A stretch of 64,000 nt of DNA. Source: the human T2T-CHM13v2.0 reference genome, Homo sapiens. Below the pieces are notes generated by a model. The model was not told the DNA's origin. It worked only from the letters and a program-made list of their open reading frames with translations, and made no database searches. Numbering within the stretch: the first letter of the stretch is position 1; each line of letters starts with the position of its first letter. The translations under genes and the position numbers were made by a program. The stretch lies in assembly GCF_009914755.1 (NCBI RefSeq), contig NC_060937.1; one strand, written 5' to 3'. Shown in pieces: positions 1 through 14,800 of the stretch.

Positions 1-1744
1 AGCCTGTTCTATGGGTACATCCAGGAAGACACTAGAGTATAATGCTGACTTTTATTATGATTAAGGATTCATTGAGTTAATTCTAAAACTGTACCCCATA
101 TTTGTCAGACTTGTGTTCAAATACTACCCCTGACCACTATGAGTTCCTGGAAAAATTCCTTCACTTCCTCTCATCCATGAAATGAAAATAATACCAACAA
201 CACCCTGTTGTTGGGAGAAGTATGAGATGTGGTATGCAACACTTCTCATCTGAGCAGATGCAGTGAAGATGTCTGGTTACTTTCCCTACACTTTCCTTTA
301 ATTCATCAGGTATGAAACCAAGAAGACTGCTTCTACCTAGCATAGATTTGTACAATATCCTTATCCCTGTATTCAGATCAGATCCCACCCCAGAGAGAAG
401 CAAGACAGCAAATGCATTCAGTCTTCTCTACCCCAAGTTTGGCCTCAGCATGAAATTCTCTTCATGAAAACAGCAGTCATCTCATTTGCTGGAATAAGGA
501 TGAGGTAATTATTGAACAATCTAAGCCACAGAAATGATTAAGGTGCTGGTGGCATTTACTTATGCAGAAAGATTAATAGGGTTAAACAATTGTAAGTTGG
601 CCAAATGGTAAGAGGAATAAAAAAGCCATGAACAAATATTTAAAGGGCATGTTGTATCCAAGGATAAGCAGGAATTATTTACAGAAATTCAAAGAGATAA
701 AATGAGGCATGTGGTGTAATAAAAAGACATTAAGCAATGAGAATCGCACTATTTTAAAGGCTTTTTCAAAAGAAAGAGAATTGTTGGATTCTGAAGAAAA
801 CAAACAAGTAAATACCCATCCATCATTGAAGAGTTTCCTGAGAAAAGACACTGCATTCATGTCTCGTTGTTGAGCCAAGTAGTTACATGTTACCCCGGAA
901 AATCTCAATGGAAGAGATAATATTATCATGTCTATAAATTTGTTCATCTACTCTAATTGCCAGCTCTTTGCCATTTGCTTATACCTTAAAAGCTGTTTGT
1001 CATTTTGACAAAAAATTAACATAGAAAAACTAAAAACACAAATGTAGAAACATTACCTTAATCATGTCTGTGTAATAGGTAGGTAAAGAAGAGGTAGAAC
1101 ATATTATCAATACTTGAAACCCTTAGGTGTAAAAATAAGGAACAAATCTATCCATGAAAACGTTCCACATAGAGAAAATGAACTATGATAAACGGCCCTT
1201 CCAAAGTTTATGACTATTTCTTTCTACATAATGCTTAAACTTGAGTGATATTTATCATTAAGCAAACTAATATTTTAGTTTGCCAATGATTATTTGCTAT
1301 GATAGTAATTAAGGAGTCTGAAAAGCAGCCGTTGCTTAATCACAAATCTATTATATTTAAATACAAAGACTAATTCTCAGAAAGACCATTCATCTTCTTC
1401 TGTTTTATAGAGACAAGCCACTCTGTCCAAACACAAATACATGTGATGAAAGGAATATTCTTCCCAAGTAAGGAAACACCAAGCATTGCCTTCTAATGGT
1501 ACCCGAATACCAACTGAGTACTATTAGTGTTTGGCTGAACATCAAATCACATGGAATAGTTAACGTATTAATACTCTCAATTAGAAACCCAAATATATCG
1601 TCACTATAAAAAGATGATCGCATAAAGGGTACTGGTTGGGTAAATGGTAGGTTTAAAGTATTTCGATGCTAACTTTACCACTTTGTAGTAAAAAATACAA
1701 ATTTATTATGAAAATTTGAATGCCAAATACTATACGGGTAGGAT

Positions 1745-2110
1745 AAGAACTGAAAACAGAATCTTGAGTTTGATCACTTGCAGGTCATGGGTGACCGTGA
1801 CAAGAACAGTTTGTTACTGGGGACAAACACCTGTTTAGAAAGGGTCCAAGAGAGAATGGGAGAAGGATAGTTGCAATTTCTCTTTCAAAGAGTTTTGCCA
1901 GTAACAGACAATTAATTCAATAGCTAGAGAGAAATGCATAACCAAGAGGGGATTCTTTTTTAACATGGGGTAATTATTTAAGATGTTCTAAATATTAGAG
2001 CATATTTAAATACTGTTAAGGATAATACAGGAGGATGTGGGATAACACAGTAGGATGATGCAGAAGAGAAGAAAATTATTGGATTGATTTCCCTGAGTAG
2101 GAGAGATGGT
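1745..2110 (-). mobile_element. Ancient L2 LINE fragment
   Basis: aggtcatgggtgaccgtgacaagaacagttt...aagagagaatgggag resembles the antisense L2 consensus. Boundaries approximate. Confidence 0.55.
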
Positions 2111-2589
2111 CTAATGCTAAATTTGATGAGGTCTTGAACTTAGATTACAGCACTAGGAGTTTATCCCCAAGTTCAGTAAAAAAATAAAAAGAGGAGTAAA
2201 TGGATAGATCTGCAGATAGACTTATAAAAGCAGTTGTGGAGTATGTGAACATTTATTTCTTATTATTTCTACTTTCTCAGACAAATAGAAGTAAGGATAT
2301 AGCTGAGAGTAGAAATGGGAGAGGAGACATAAGAGGTTTGAAGGGAAGTAAGGTAAGAAATATGATCCAGTTAAGTGAAAATGGATTTTAAAAAAGAAAT
2401 GTACCAAGGGGCCCCCTGAGGTTATTGACTGTGAATTTAAAGTAGGACCAATGTGTCTGCGTATTTTTCTTCAGCCAAATTCAGCCTTGTAAGTGCAGGC
2501 AAATAGTAGGCAGGCAGATGGGCTAAACAGTTAGCAGATCTTCTCCTAATCCCAGCCCCACTCTTCAAAGCTATGCAAGCTTTTTATTT

Positions 2590-4535
<1,946 letters not shown>

Positions 4536-4629
4536 AATAATTATCCAATTATAGCCATTGCTATGCGTTCATTTATCTCAATTGTATTCTATGCTTCTGC
4601 TGCATATATGTCCTGACAAATGTGGTATG

Positions 4630-4720
4630 TTTCATTCACTCAACAAATACTTCTGAAGTGTTAGCTGTATGCCAGGCACTGGTGAGACAATGACTTTGAA
4701 GTGGCCCTTCCCTATGGTGA
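4630..4720 (-). mobile_element. L2 3'-end fragment
   Basis: ttcattcactcaacaaatac...tatgccaggcactg is typical of the L2 3' terminus in antisense. Confidence 0.55.
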
Positions 4721-5082
4721 TGCCGTATGGGTTCCTATCAATCCCAATATCAAAAACCATAAAATCATAGGGAGAAACATACATTCCACAAAATAAATTA
4801 CAAAATTTAATTTTATGAAAGGAGACATTTTTCTGAATGACAAAGTAGTACCTATCATAAAATGGTGTAGACACTGTGTCTGCATTTCTACGCATGCCTA
4901 CTGGTATACTGTCACCCCAGTAAACAGCAAATGGTGACATTTTCATGTGATCTGAGTTTCTTAAATTGAATGCTGGACCATTATAGACCAAAACTATGAA
5001 ATTAGTTGTTTTCTAATGCAAACACTGTAACTGGCTTTAAATTGCATTGACGTCTCTGAAATGGTCTCTTAGAGATTTGGAT

Positions 5083-5084
<2 letters not shown>

Positions 5085-5142
<58 letters not shown>
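5085..5142. repeat. (GT)29 microsatellite
   Basis: Uninterrupted GT dinucleotide run. Confidence 0.98.
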
Positions 5143-5145
<3 letters not shown>

Positions 5146-8100
5146 AGTTGTTGGGTGCTAAAACAATATTTGAAATATTATATAACATTTGTATTATCTA
5201 AATATCATAGTCCTCTTTGGCTAAAGTTTCTCAACATTTGGGGAGACATTAATATAAATTATATCTAAGAAAAATATAGAATTCCATAACTAAGTGGATA
5301 AATCATATTTAGAAACCTTTCCTTTTAAATTTCTACCATTTAAAAAAATTTAAATAAATAAAATTTAGAAGACGTAACTTTACACCAAAGAGAAGGGAGG
5401 TTCTTGTTGGGTTTGAAAATACTTGTTCTCACAGTAACATCATAGAGAATGGAATTACTAACAAAAATCACAAGTTTGGGGCTAAATGTAAAAGTATTCA
5501 AATTCAAAATGTGAAGTGAAGCCCGTAATTGATTACGGTAACTTTGGGACAGAAGGTTTTGTGTATCTGAAATCTTGTTAGGAAAGGTCACAGGATTTCT
5601 TCACCAGACAGTTGGCCATAGATTATTAATATATGTAAACTCAACTCAATCTATGGATATAACTAAACCCAAAGCAAACCATCTTCTTTATGTTTAATTA
5701 CATTATACCTAATCTGTTACACTATTTTACACTTTACTTATTGAACTACTGAGGTATTAAACATTTTCAGAAACCTATAGCAAATATGGACTGTGAAATC
5801 ATAACAATTAAGCCACAGGAGGAAAATGCATAAACAATGAATGCCTTTTTTGTCTCTAACATTATTTCATTGACCAATCTGGTAATATTCTCATAAGATT
5901 CCCTGCTTAGAAATTGCATTTATAGTATGTCCCTTGTTAAAAACAAAACAAAACAAAACTCAACATTTTAATTTAGAAGACCATAATTTGATCTAACCTT
6001 AATACAACTAACAAATAATAAAATTATAATTATCAAAAAGTTAGCAACAGGTATTAATATGTAGTAAGACTCCAATGGGTATGGCCTTAGAAAACCAACA
6101 CCAAAGAGAAAATATCTTCCAAAAAATAAAAAGTGCTTTGAAGAAAAATGTTCCCTTGTTTTAGTTTAGCCAAAACAGCCAAAACAAACAAGCATGTGGT
6201 CTTTGTATGAGCACATGGTAATGACACTAAAACAGTAGCGCACAAAAACAGTGTTTTTTTTTTTTTTTGATGACTATTTGCTGTGGATTATTTTCTGAGA
6301 CGGTAGACACTTGTTTCCTTACATAGCACCTTGTAAGAAGGAAGGACACTTTTCTTAGAATAACTGATGGATTTCACTATCACACTGGAGCAAAGCAGTT
6401 TATTTCTATAGGTGTACATGCATTTCTGCTTTTTATATTATGCATTAACTTGAAAACACATTTTAAGTACCTCACTTTCCATTCCTTATACATACTGTAA
6501 TTTATTTTAGTTAAAATGTTAGTAAGAAGCCCAGGCACCTGCTGATTAAGCATACATGGCACATAATACCATAGCTCTCATGATCACAGCCCCAAAAAAG
6601 TAAATCTCAAGAAACAACTGCATTAGCAGCCATGCCAAAGATTTAGAAAGGTTATTATCCTGTGAACAATTATGGTTCTTGTTTGATTGAAAAATTCATA
6701 ATAAAAACATAACACTTTTGGGGATACAATGTTCATTATACACCATTGTAGTCAGTGGCTACTTTAGTTTTCATTTTTGTTAAGATTCCAAATAATAAAA
6801 CTATTTGCAAACTGTTGATTTCCTTGTAAATTCCCCTTTCTTTGGCTAAATCAATATATGTAAATATCTTTGTTCATATATTAGTTAAGCTTTAAAATGA
6901 GGTTGTTTATGTTCTTGCATTCTTATAAATAACCCACAAATATGTAATCCCTCTAATTCTCTTAAAAAAAGATATAATTATATTTATTTAGGGAAAGTAA
7001 AAAAGGTATAAAATTTGAAAAGTATTTTTATGTCTAAAATTATCTAGTTAGATCACTCTGGTTCAAGGATACTTTCTTTTTTAGCTTGGGCCTATTAACC
7101 TTCCTTATTTCACTCCAATCCAAGGGCAATGAGGAGAACCCAGTGTATGGCAAACACTCTCAAGATTTGAGAGCCTATGAAGATGCAGAAAACACAGACT
7201 TTGCTTCTTCCCTACAATCAGCTGAATATGTATACTTAATTAATTATTATCAGGTATATATAAACAACAACAGTGACGTATGAAATACCACAGGAGAATT
7301 ATTTTTAATTGTATCCAATAAATGAAGGCTTCTCAGAGGAGATGGCATTTTCTCTCAGCTTTTCAAAATGAGAATAATTTCATAATTTCAACAGGTGAAT
7401 GTAGAAGTGAGGAGAAGATGCTAGACACACAGTAAAGCACAAACAAAAGGATAAGGATTTGAAAGCATATGACTAATTTGCGGGGTGTGTGGCATTGTAT
7501 TGTGTTTGAAATCTGTGGAGGTCGGTGGAGGGTAGATGGAGCTGAATCTGGAAAGGTGGGTTGCAGTCATGCTGCCTACCACACCATTAATAGCCATCTT
7601 GCAAATTTCTGTCCTTCACAAGAGTAAGTCAACTGGTATAAACATCACTCTTCTATAGGGGTAGGGGTGATGGAGATAGGAAAGAGTGTGGGTGTAGGGC
7701 TCCAACTCAATAATCTTTACATTAAATAAATTACTACTTAATAAAGGATTTTTTAAAACCCTACATTTCAAAAATGTGTATTACCCTTCCCCAAAACACA
7801 AAATGTGGAGCTATTCTTTATTCTGTTTTCAAGCATATCACACTATATTCTACTTGACAATGTGCTTAAAATTTCTATGCCTCTTTTTTTTCTCCCAATG
7901 GGACAATATTTTTTCCACCTCAAGGTCTCTGCACACACATTGCTTTTTCTACCTGCTCTTAAAATCTCTGCATCCTTCTTACCTGTCATCTCTCAACCTG
8001 TGGATCCCAGTGTTGCCCACCCTGACTACTTTATCTAATTAGATCCCTCTCCCCACCCCTCTCTCCTCCATAATTCTTTATCCCAGCTCTCTTCATGCTT

Positions 8101-10099
8101 TATAGGACTTTGAATTTTATTATTTCTTATTAATTTGTTCCTTTCCATAGGCAATGACTCTCTACCCCATGTTTGTGAGCTCCATGATGGCAGGAACTTC
8201 AACTCTTCTATTCACTGCTGTATGTATATATAATACCTGCTACAGAGCCTAACAGATTGTAAAGATTCAATAATTGTTATATTATTTTCAGCTATAAAGA
8301 CATATAAAACCATCAGACTTAAAGGTTGTATCTTTAATAAATATGATTTTTTAAAATTTTCTGAGGGCAATTCCCTATGTAAAGAGTGTGTAATAAGAAG
8401 GTAAATATGCTTGAAAATATGTTCGACAATAAGACTTAATTAAATGAATAATTATATTGTTATATATAATAATATAAAAGCATACTATTATATGTCGATA
8501 TATAATTTACATAACATAAAGTCTTAATATTTGTTTTGCTTAAAATTAGTGATACTAATAAATTAATCCTTTTCTGATACTCAAGAGATATATCTGTATT
8601 TTTCTCCTCTGAAGAATATATATACTTTTATATAAGAAATATAAGAAGAATAAAAAATTCTCATACAATTTCCTTATAACGTATCTTCCCTTCTATTTTC
8701 CTGTCCAAAGTAAGGTAGAAAAGTGACCTCAAATATATTTTTCTTACAGAACATTGAAGATTGCTTATCATTTCAAAATCAGGAATACCAACAGAGCAGT
8801 CAGGGTTGAAAATGGAGAAACGGACCATTAGAAAACTCAGACAGCTTTCTATACTGACAAAAAAGTAAACACCCAACTTAAAATTCATTAAGTGTAAAGC
8901 AAATCCTCCTTCGCCACCCAATATGGCACAAAACATTTATTGTTCATATTTATAAAATAATCTACTGGCTATATTCTTAAGAAATACACACAAGTTTTAA
9001 TCATTGTTTATATTAAAATAAGCTTATTTAGTAGATAGTATGTTAATTTACTTTATGTAGACAGCCAATTTGGAGCTGTATGTGGTGAAAACTGTATTCT
9101 AAAAGATAGTCTGTTTGATGACATAAGAGGATAAGCACAATTTAAGTCATAATAGATTGATCCTCCGTCTATCAACGGTGATTAAGGCAGTCGAGTTGGT
9201 CTCATTACACAAAGGTGGGCTGAATAAGGCTCTAGGCTAATGTGGAAAATTAAAATCCATTTTTTTCTTAATGGCTCCTACACTGGTCTGAAAATATGAT
9301 TGATCCCAAATTCTCCAACAAGAAGTTCTTATTTTACTTATATAATTTTATTTCTCTAACAGAACTTCCACTCTGATTTTCTTCCTATCTTTGCCTTTGA
9401 AGCTTGATAGTAAGAGCAAGTAATCTCCAATTTCTTAAATGTGACAACAAGAAATTGTCCTTTTAAAATATTCAGCATTAGCCTTTAAAAAAAAAGCATC
9501 AAAACTTTTGGTCATCAATTTGCAAATGTAAGGACACGCACTCACTCTTTGAGAAACACATGTATAGCTTATGCTTCTATCCCCCGTCTTTGGAACAACA
9601 GGGCATTTAAAACAAATACAGCTGGGAGCCGACAATGTAATGTGCTGGGCAAACATATACTCCCATTAACGTAAATAGATTCTTCAATGTTTCCTACCAA
9701 CCCCACTTGGTTATGAAAAGCCAGCAATGCCCATTTCCCCCACAGAACACACCACATGCTCGCAAAACAACCAGCCTTAGCAACTGGATGCAGAGACAGG
9801 CAGAGAGAGAGACAAAAGCGCCTGGCTCCTGAATAGGATGCCTTCTCAGACCCTGGCATTTCAAAGGCAGTGAAAGAAGGTCATCCTAGGTACTAGTTTC
9901 TCAAAGAAATACCTGTAGTAAGGTAACTATTCTAGTCACCTTTATATAGTAACGGCTTGTATCTCAGGCAATTCGCCAGTTTTTCAATTAAAACTGACAC
10001 ATATTAGGGATTTTTACTTCTGCCCCCCGCTCCCCGCAATTCGGATTCTTTCTTTAGACTCCCTGAGCCTCTGTCCCCATCCCAGGATTTGACTGAAGG

Positions 10100-11470
10100 G
10101 CTGCAGAGCCCAGGGCTGCGCGCTAAGCAGCCTTCTGCTGAACCTCAGCGGACTGGGCCATAGTTCACACACCCTCCACTCCTTCTACAGCAGCTCCCGC
10201 TGGGGGCACCGCCAGGATATCCACATTTGTCCAAGGTCTGGGAACCCGGGAGGTTTCTAGGAGACCCCAGAGACCAAGTGAGGCCAGGCCCACCCCATGG
10301 AAACCCCCACCAGCTCAGATCAGACTGCGAGCGGTGGCTCGACCCCGGGTGTGGCAGGAAGGGGTGCCCCGCGTTCCAGAGCCAGTGCCAGTCCCTATCC
10401 TCCCGGGAAGCCGAGACTCAGGGGGAACAGGTTTCCCAGAGCCCAGCCTGCAGGGACGCGGAGGGCAGGAGCCGCCGGCGAGGAGCAGCCAACTTGCCAT
10501 CTCTGGCGGCTGCACTTCTCGGCGGCTACAGGTTGCCCGACAGCGGACTCCAGGGTCCCCGCGACGGCACCCAGAGTGCTCAGAAGGGAGGCCGGGGCCG
10601 GGGTGGGCCGGGAAAACCGAGGGAGGGAAGGAGCCTGGAGAAGCTCCGTTTAGGCGGGGAGGGGGCGACCCGGGGCGCATCTCCCGACCATGACCCCCAC
10701 AGACCTTGGCGCCGCAACCTGCGCTTCTTGAGGCCGAAGATGCGCACTTTGGAGAAGATATCCACCAGGTTGCCGTTGCAGAGCCCGCGGTTCTTGCTGG
10801 GGCTGCTCCGCCTCCTGCTGGCAGACGGCCGGTCCCAGTGCTGCTCCCGCGCCTGCCGCTTCTGGCGGATCAAGCCGCTAGCGATGGCCGCGGCCATGGT
10901 GGCCCCGGGAACGGGTCCGGGGAGGGAGGGCGCGGGAGGACGGCGAGCCGGGGGCACCGGAGGGGAAGGCGGCGGCGCAGACCGTGGCTCGCCCTCGGGG
11001 CAGAGGAGGGGGTGCCAGGCGGGACTGGGGAGAGGGGAAGGGGGGCTCAGTCCTGACCGGGACCCATCGCCCTCTCCGCGGGGCGCGGGGCCAGGCGCGC
11101 AGATGCGCCCAGGGCGCAGCCGGACGATCCCGGGAAGCCGGAGGTCGTGGCCGCCGCCGCTTGGCCACGTCCGAGTGGAGAGCGGGACCGCGGCTGCGGG
11201 CGCTGCTGGTCACCGCTCGTCGCAGGAACCCCGGCGGGGGTCGCCACCGCCACTCGCGCTGCCTTCTCGCCCTGCCCGGCTCCCGGGCGGGAGGTAGAGC
11301 CGGCCGGCGGCTCCCCGGGCGCCGGCTGGAGGGCGGGTCCCGGCAGGGTCTCTGCGCGTCCGTCGGTCCGGGTCGCGCTGGGCAGGACTCAGCGCCGGGC
11401 TCCAGCTGCCCGCGGGCCGGTGCCGCCGCCGGCGCCGCCCGCTCTCGGCTTCTGCCGGTGATTGTCAAGT
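10100..11470. promoter_or_regulatory. CpG island / promoter and 5' UTR of FGF14 exon 1A
   Basis: Very GC- and CpG-dense segment in an otherwise AT-rich window. Contains GC-box-like motifs and G-runs, and surrounds the exon 1A start codon. Confidence 0.92.
10705..10897 (-). CDS. FGF14: Fibroblast growth factor 14 (FHF4), coding part of alternative first exon 1A (64 codons + 1 nt, phase-1 intron follows)
   Basis: Translation [64 protein letters not shown] is the A-type FHF N-terminus of FGF14. Perfect Kozak context GCCACCATGG at 10897. Donor CAAG|GTCTGT with GT at 10704-10703. Confidence 0.97.
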
Positions 11471-13869
11471 GCTTTGGAAATCAGCATCTGGAGAGACCAA
11501 TCTTCTCCCCTGAGATCTCTAATCAAACGCTCCGTTCCCACCCCACTACACCCCCTCCACCTATGTGGTCCCCCTCCTGATGTACCTCTTCAGAAAGAAA
11601 CAAAACGTATAGGTAATAATGATTTAAAAATAATAAGAAAGAAAGCTAAGATGGATTGCAGGGATGGGGTGCTAAGAGGCCGAGCCAAAGCAGGTGGAAT
11701 TGAAGGAACATCGGGGCGCTTTTTCTTAGATGCAACTCGCTGGTTCCCGAGCCTTCCGCGGCTTGGTTGGGGCTTCTCGGTCTTAACGTGGTTACCGGTG
11801 CACTGAAACTCTCAGCAGCGGTTGGAGGGCGAGGTGGTTTCCGCCCTCCCTGCTAATCCCTCCAGCACCAACGCCCCCCCGTCGCCACCCCCAACCCCGG
11901 GTTGGAGGGAGGAGCCTCCACTCCTCACCTAGTCCACCCAAACTTGCAGGACCCTCCCTTCTGCTGCAGGAAGGGTAGGTTTGTCATTTTGAAAGGCTAC
12001 ACGGAGCAAAAAGGAGGGAATGGAAAGAGAGAAGGTGTGATTAAGCGAGATAGAAAGACCCCACTCCCAAATATGCTCCCCAGCCCTGGGAGGAGGAGAT
12101 GACAGCCGCAGTAGCTGCTACAGAACAGCAGCTGGGTAGGATAAACGCCCAGGAGAATGTTGAAGAAGTCAGGGCAGAAATATAAGGGGCAGAGGAGGGT
12201 GTCACACTATTCCAGGGACAGTGAAAAGCAGCCAGACAGGACACTCCAATTTGAGCTGTCATCTTCTGGTGTCCCTGGGCAAAGAAGCTCTGTCAGGGAG
12301 CAAAGCCATCTGAACTGTGTCTGAAATTCAAATACAACAGCCGGCGTCTCCTCCCCCTTGATTTTCTGTCTGTGTCCCGACAGCGGTTCCCTCCTGGATA
12401 CCTGAAAATGTGAAGGTCCAAGAGAAAGGGCGGCAGTGGAGGGCACCCGAAAAAAACAAAAAGCCGGGGGGAGGTTGGGAGAGAAACACTTCATGCTTGG
12501 ATGAACACAGTTCCGTGGTTTCTAGGATACACCAGAGTGGCAGAACCAAGTGCAGCTCTGGCTCCGGGCTTCTTACTTTTCTCCTCTTCCCTTTACACTG
12601 CTTTGCCTATCAGCTCAGGCAGCTAAAGAGAAAGAAATGCTCGAACTAGACTTCTGGAAATTCAGTGTGAAGCAAGGGGGAGAGATGGCTCACTTGGTAA
12701 TCAAGAGACTTGCAACAACCTTCTTCTCCAGTGACTGCTTTAGAGCTGGAAAGAGGGCAAGCACACTACGCAGGCAGCCCTGGGAGCAGTTCTCAACCAA
12801 AACACACTTTCTCTTTGTCTCAGGAATAGGCAGTAGAGTACTCGCCACCAGGCAACTGGGGGGAAGTGCAGCAGATTACAGGGAGGCTGGGCACCTTCTG
12901 CTCTAAGCAACTTATCCACAGCTTCTCCATGGAAGCAGCCACTGCTGGGCTGTTGTTTGTTACCTTCACTCCACATTTACCAACAAGTCTCCTTTTGGGA
13001 AGGAAATGCAACCTGATGAGAGTGTGTAGATTTAGATCTAAGGCAGGTATCATTGGCTTTACGACGGTGTTTGTCATATATTACAAAGTGTACTTCTGGA
13101 AGTTTATTTTCTACACTTTGCTATGTTACATCTACAAATTCTACAATTATTAAAAGGAATATGCTAGAGTTGTTTTGCTAGAAACTTGCAATCCCTAGTC
13201 ACTCATAAAATAGCAAAAGTGAGAAAAAGGGGAATGCTAATTATTTTGCTCTGCCTTTCCCTCTCTATTTTCAGTTTCATATGTCTCTTTTCTTCCATTT
13301 TTTTGTGAGTGTGCATTTATGTTGTGTTGCTGTAGTCCTGCTTAAAAAGGGAAAGATGTCTATAGAGAGATGAAAATAACTAAATGGCTATTGAGTGTGT
13401 CTGTTGTTTTAATTCACTGAAATGAGTCCTACTGAACATTAAGAGTCACTACTCTTGGTTTCTATTATTGAAGAAACGCCATTTGTACATTTCAGAAGTT
13501 CTAGATTTGAATTTGCAAATGACTGTAAGATTAAAGCATCCAGGTTTATTATCAAAGGCTTCTTGCAGTGAGTGTTTCAAAAAAGTAAAATGTTAAGTAT
13601 AGTGACCTCTTAAATCTAGTATGACTTCCCCAACACACCTAGTTTATTTTTAAAGGTTCTTTAAGCCTTTTGATGTATGTGCCAACAATATTAATTTGAA
13701 AAGAGTGACATTAAGCTTCTTGTTCTTATAGCCGTGCCTCTATTTTTGCAGGCATTTTCTTATGCTGCAGTCTTTCCCCCAAATCCTTGGACTTGGGGGT
13801 CAGGAGGTCAGTTTTTGGCCCTCTCAGAGCCCTCCCTTCGTTGTTCAGCAGCCTCGGACCAGCCTGACA

Positions 13870-13890
13870 TTCAGCACCGCGGACAGGGAT
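13870..13890 (+). promoter_or_regulatory. RE1/NRSE (REST-binding) silencer element
   Basis: TTCAGCACCGCGGACAGGGAT matches the RE1 consensus TTCAGCACCnnGGACAG in both half-sites with the canonical 2-nt spacer. It sits in a secondary CpG-rich patch about 3 kb upstream of a neuronal gene promoter. Confidence 0.85.
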
Positions 13891-14539
13891 CCCGCCCCAG
13901 CCCTACCTCTCCCAGCAGAAGCAAGTTCGCTGATGGAGAAAAGCGCTGGCTGTGAGGGTCTCTGACACTTTCCTCCCCTAAAAGCAGTTTCTCACTTTTT
14001 TCCCTCATGATGGGAAGGAAATTGATCTTCACAGCTTCTACCGACGTTAATAACACCTTGGAACACAAAGCCTTTCAGCTTTTCCATAACCGAGAGATAC
14101 TCTTTCTTTCTCGAGCGTCCCGACCCCTGGCGCAGCGCCTGAACAGCGGACTCCGGAGTCTCCGGGCATCTATTCTGGCTGTGAATTTCAGGAGCCTCAA
14201 GCGGTCATTTCTCTTCAACGTAGCTTCCTATTTTAAGGGATCTTGGAGAGGGGGGCAGCATTGGGATAATCAAGGTCTTTTAGGTTAATCCCTGCGTTTT
14301 CATTTTACCTCCCCAAAACGCTGTTTAGTTGTTTACGGATGGAGGTAAGTGAAAGAAAACGCAAGAGAGCCATCTGCTGTCTTAAGCTGTGATAAAAGAA
14401 TGTGCAAAGCTAGGGTGAAAACCAATTCAGGGCCGGTGAACACAAATGTAAAGGTTACTGTAGTTCAGAAAATAATTTGTCACTCATCAGAACCTCCTTG
14501 GAGTTGTTAATTTTACCTTTGACGTTATAAAGAGGAAAA

Positions 14540-14800
14540 TAAAGTACGGCCCAGGTGGTGTAGCTCCTCACCAAGCTATTGGGAGCCTGAACTCTCATTT
14601 CAGAGGTTCTTGGTTCATTTCTTGACTCTGCAACTTCCTAGCTGTATAATGACCTCCAAGGTGTTGCTTTAGTCTCTCTCAGCCTCAATTTCTTCATCTC
14701 TCAAATTGAGGTGAAAACAGAGCCTCCTTTTCAACTGCTGTGAGATTAAATTTAGTAAATAAATGTAAAGATCCTAGTACCACATCTGGTGCACCCTAAT
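14540..14800 (+). mobile_element. MIR SINE
   Basis: ctctctcagcctcaatttcttcatctctcaaattgag ... ctgtgagattaaa MIR core. Confidence 0.6.

Noticed and set aside
10227-11806. Many long overlapping ORFs (up to 356 aa) on both strands across the CpG island
   Set aside because: Stop-codon depletion in very GC-rich DNA. The products are low-complexity R/G/P/A sequences, mostly with non-ATG starts. Only the FGF14 exon 1A frame is recognisable.
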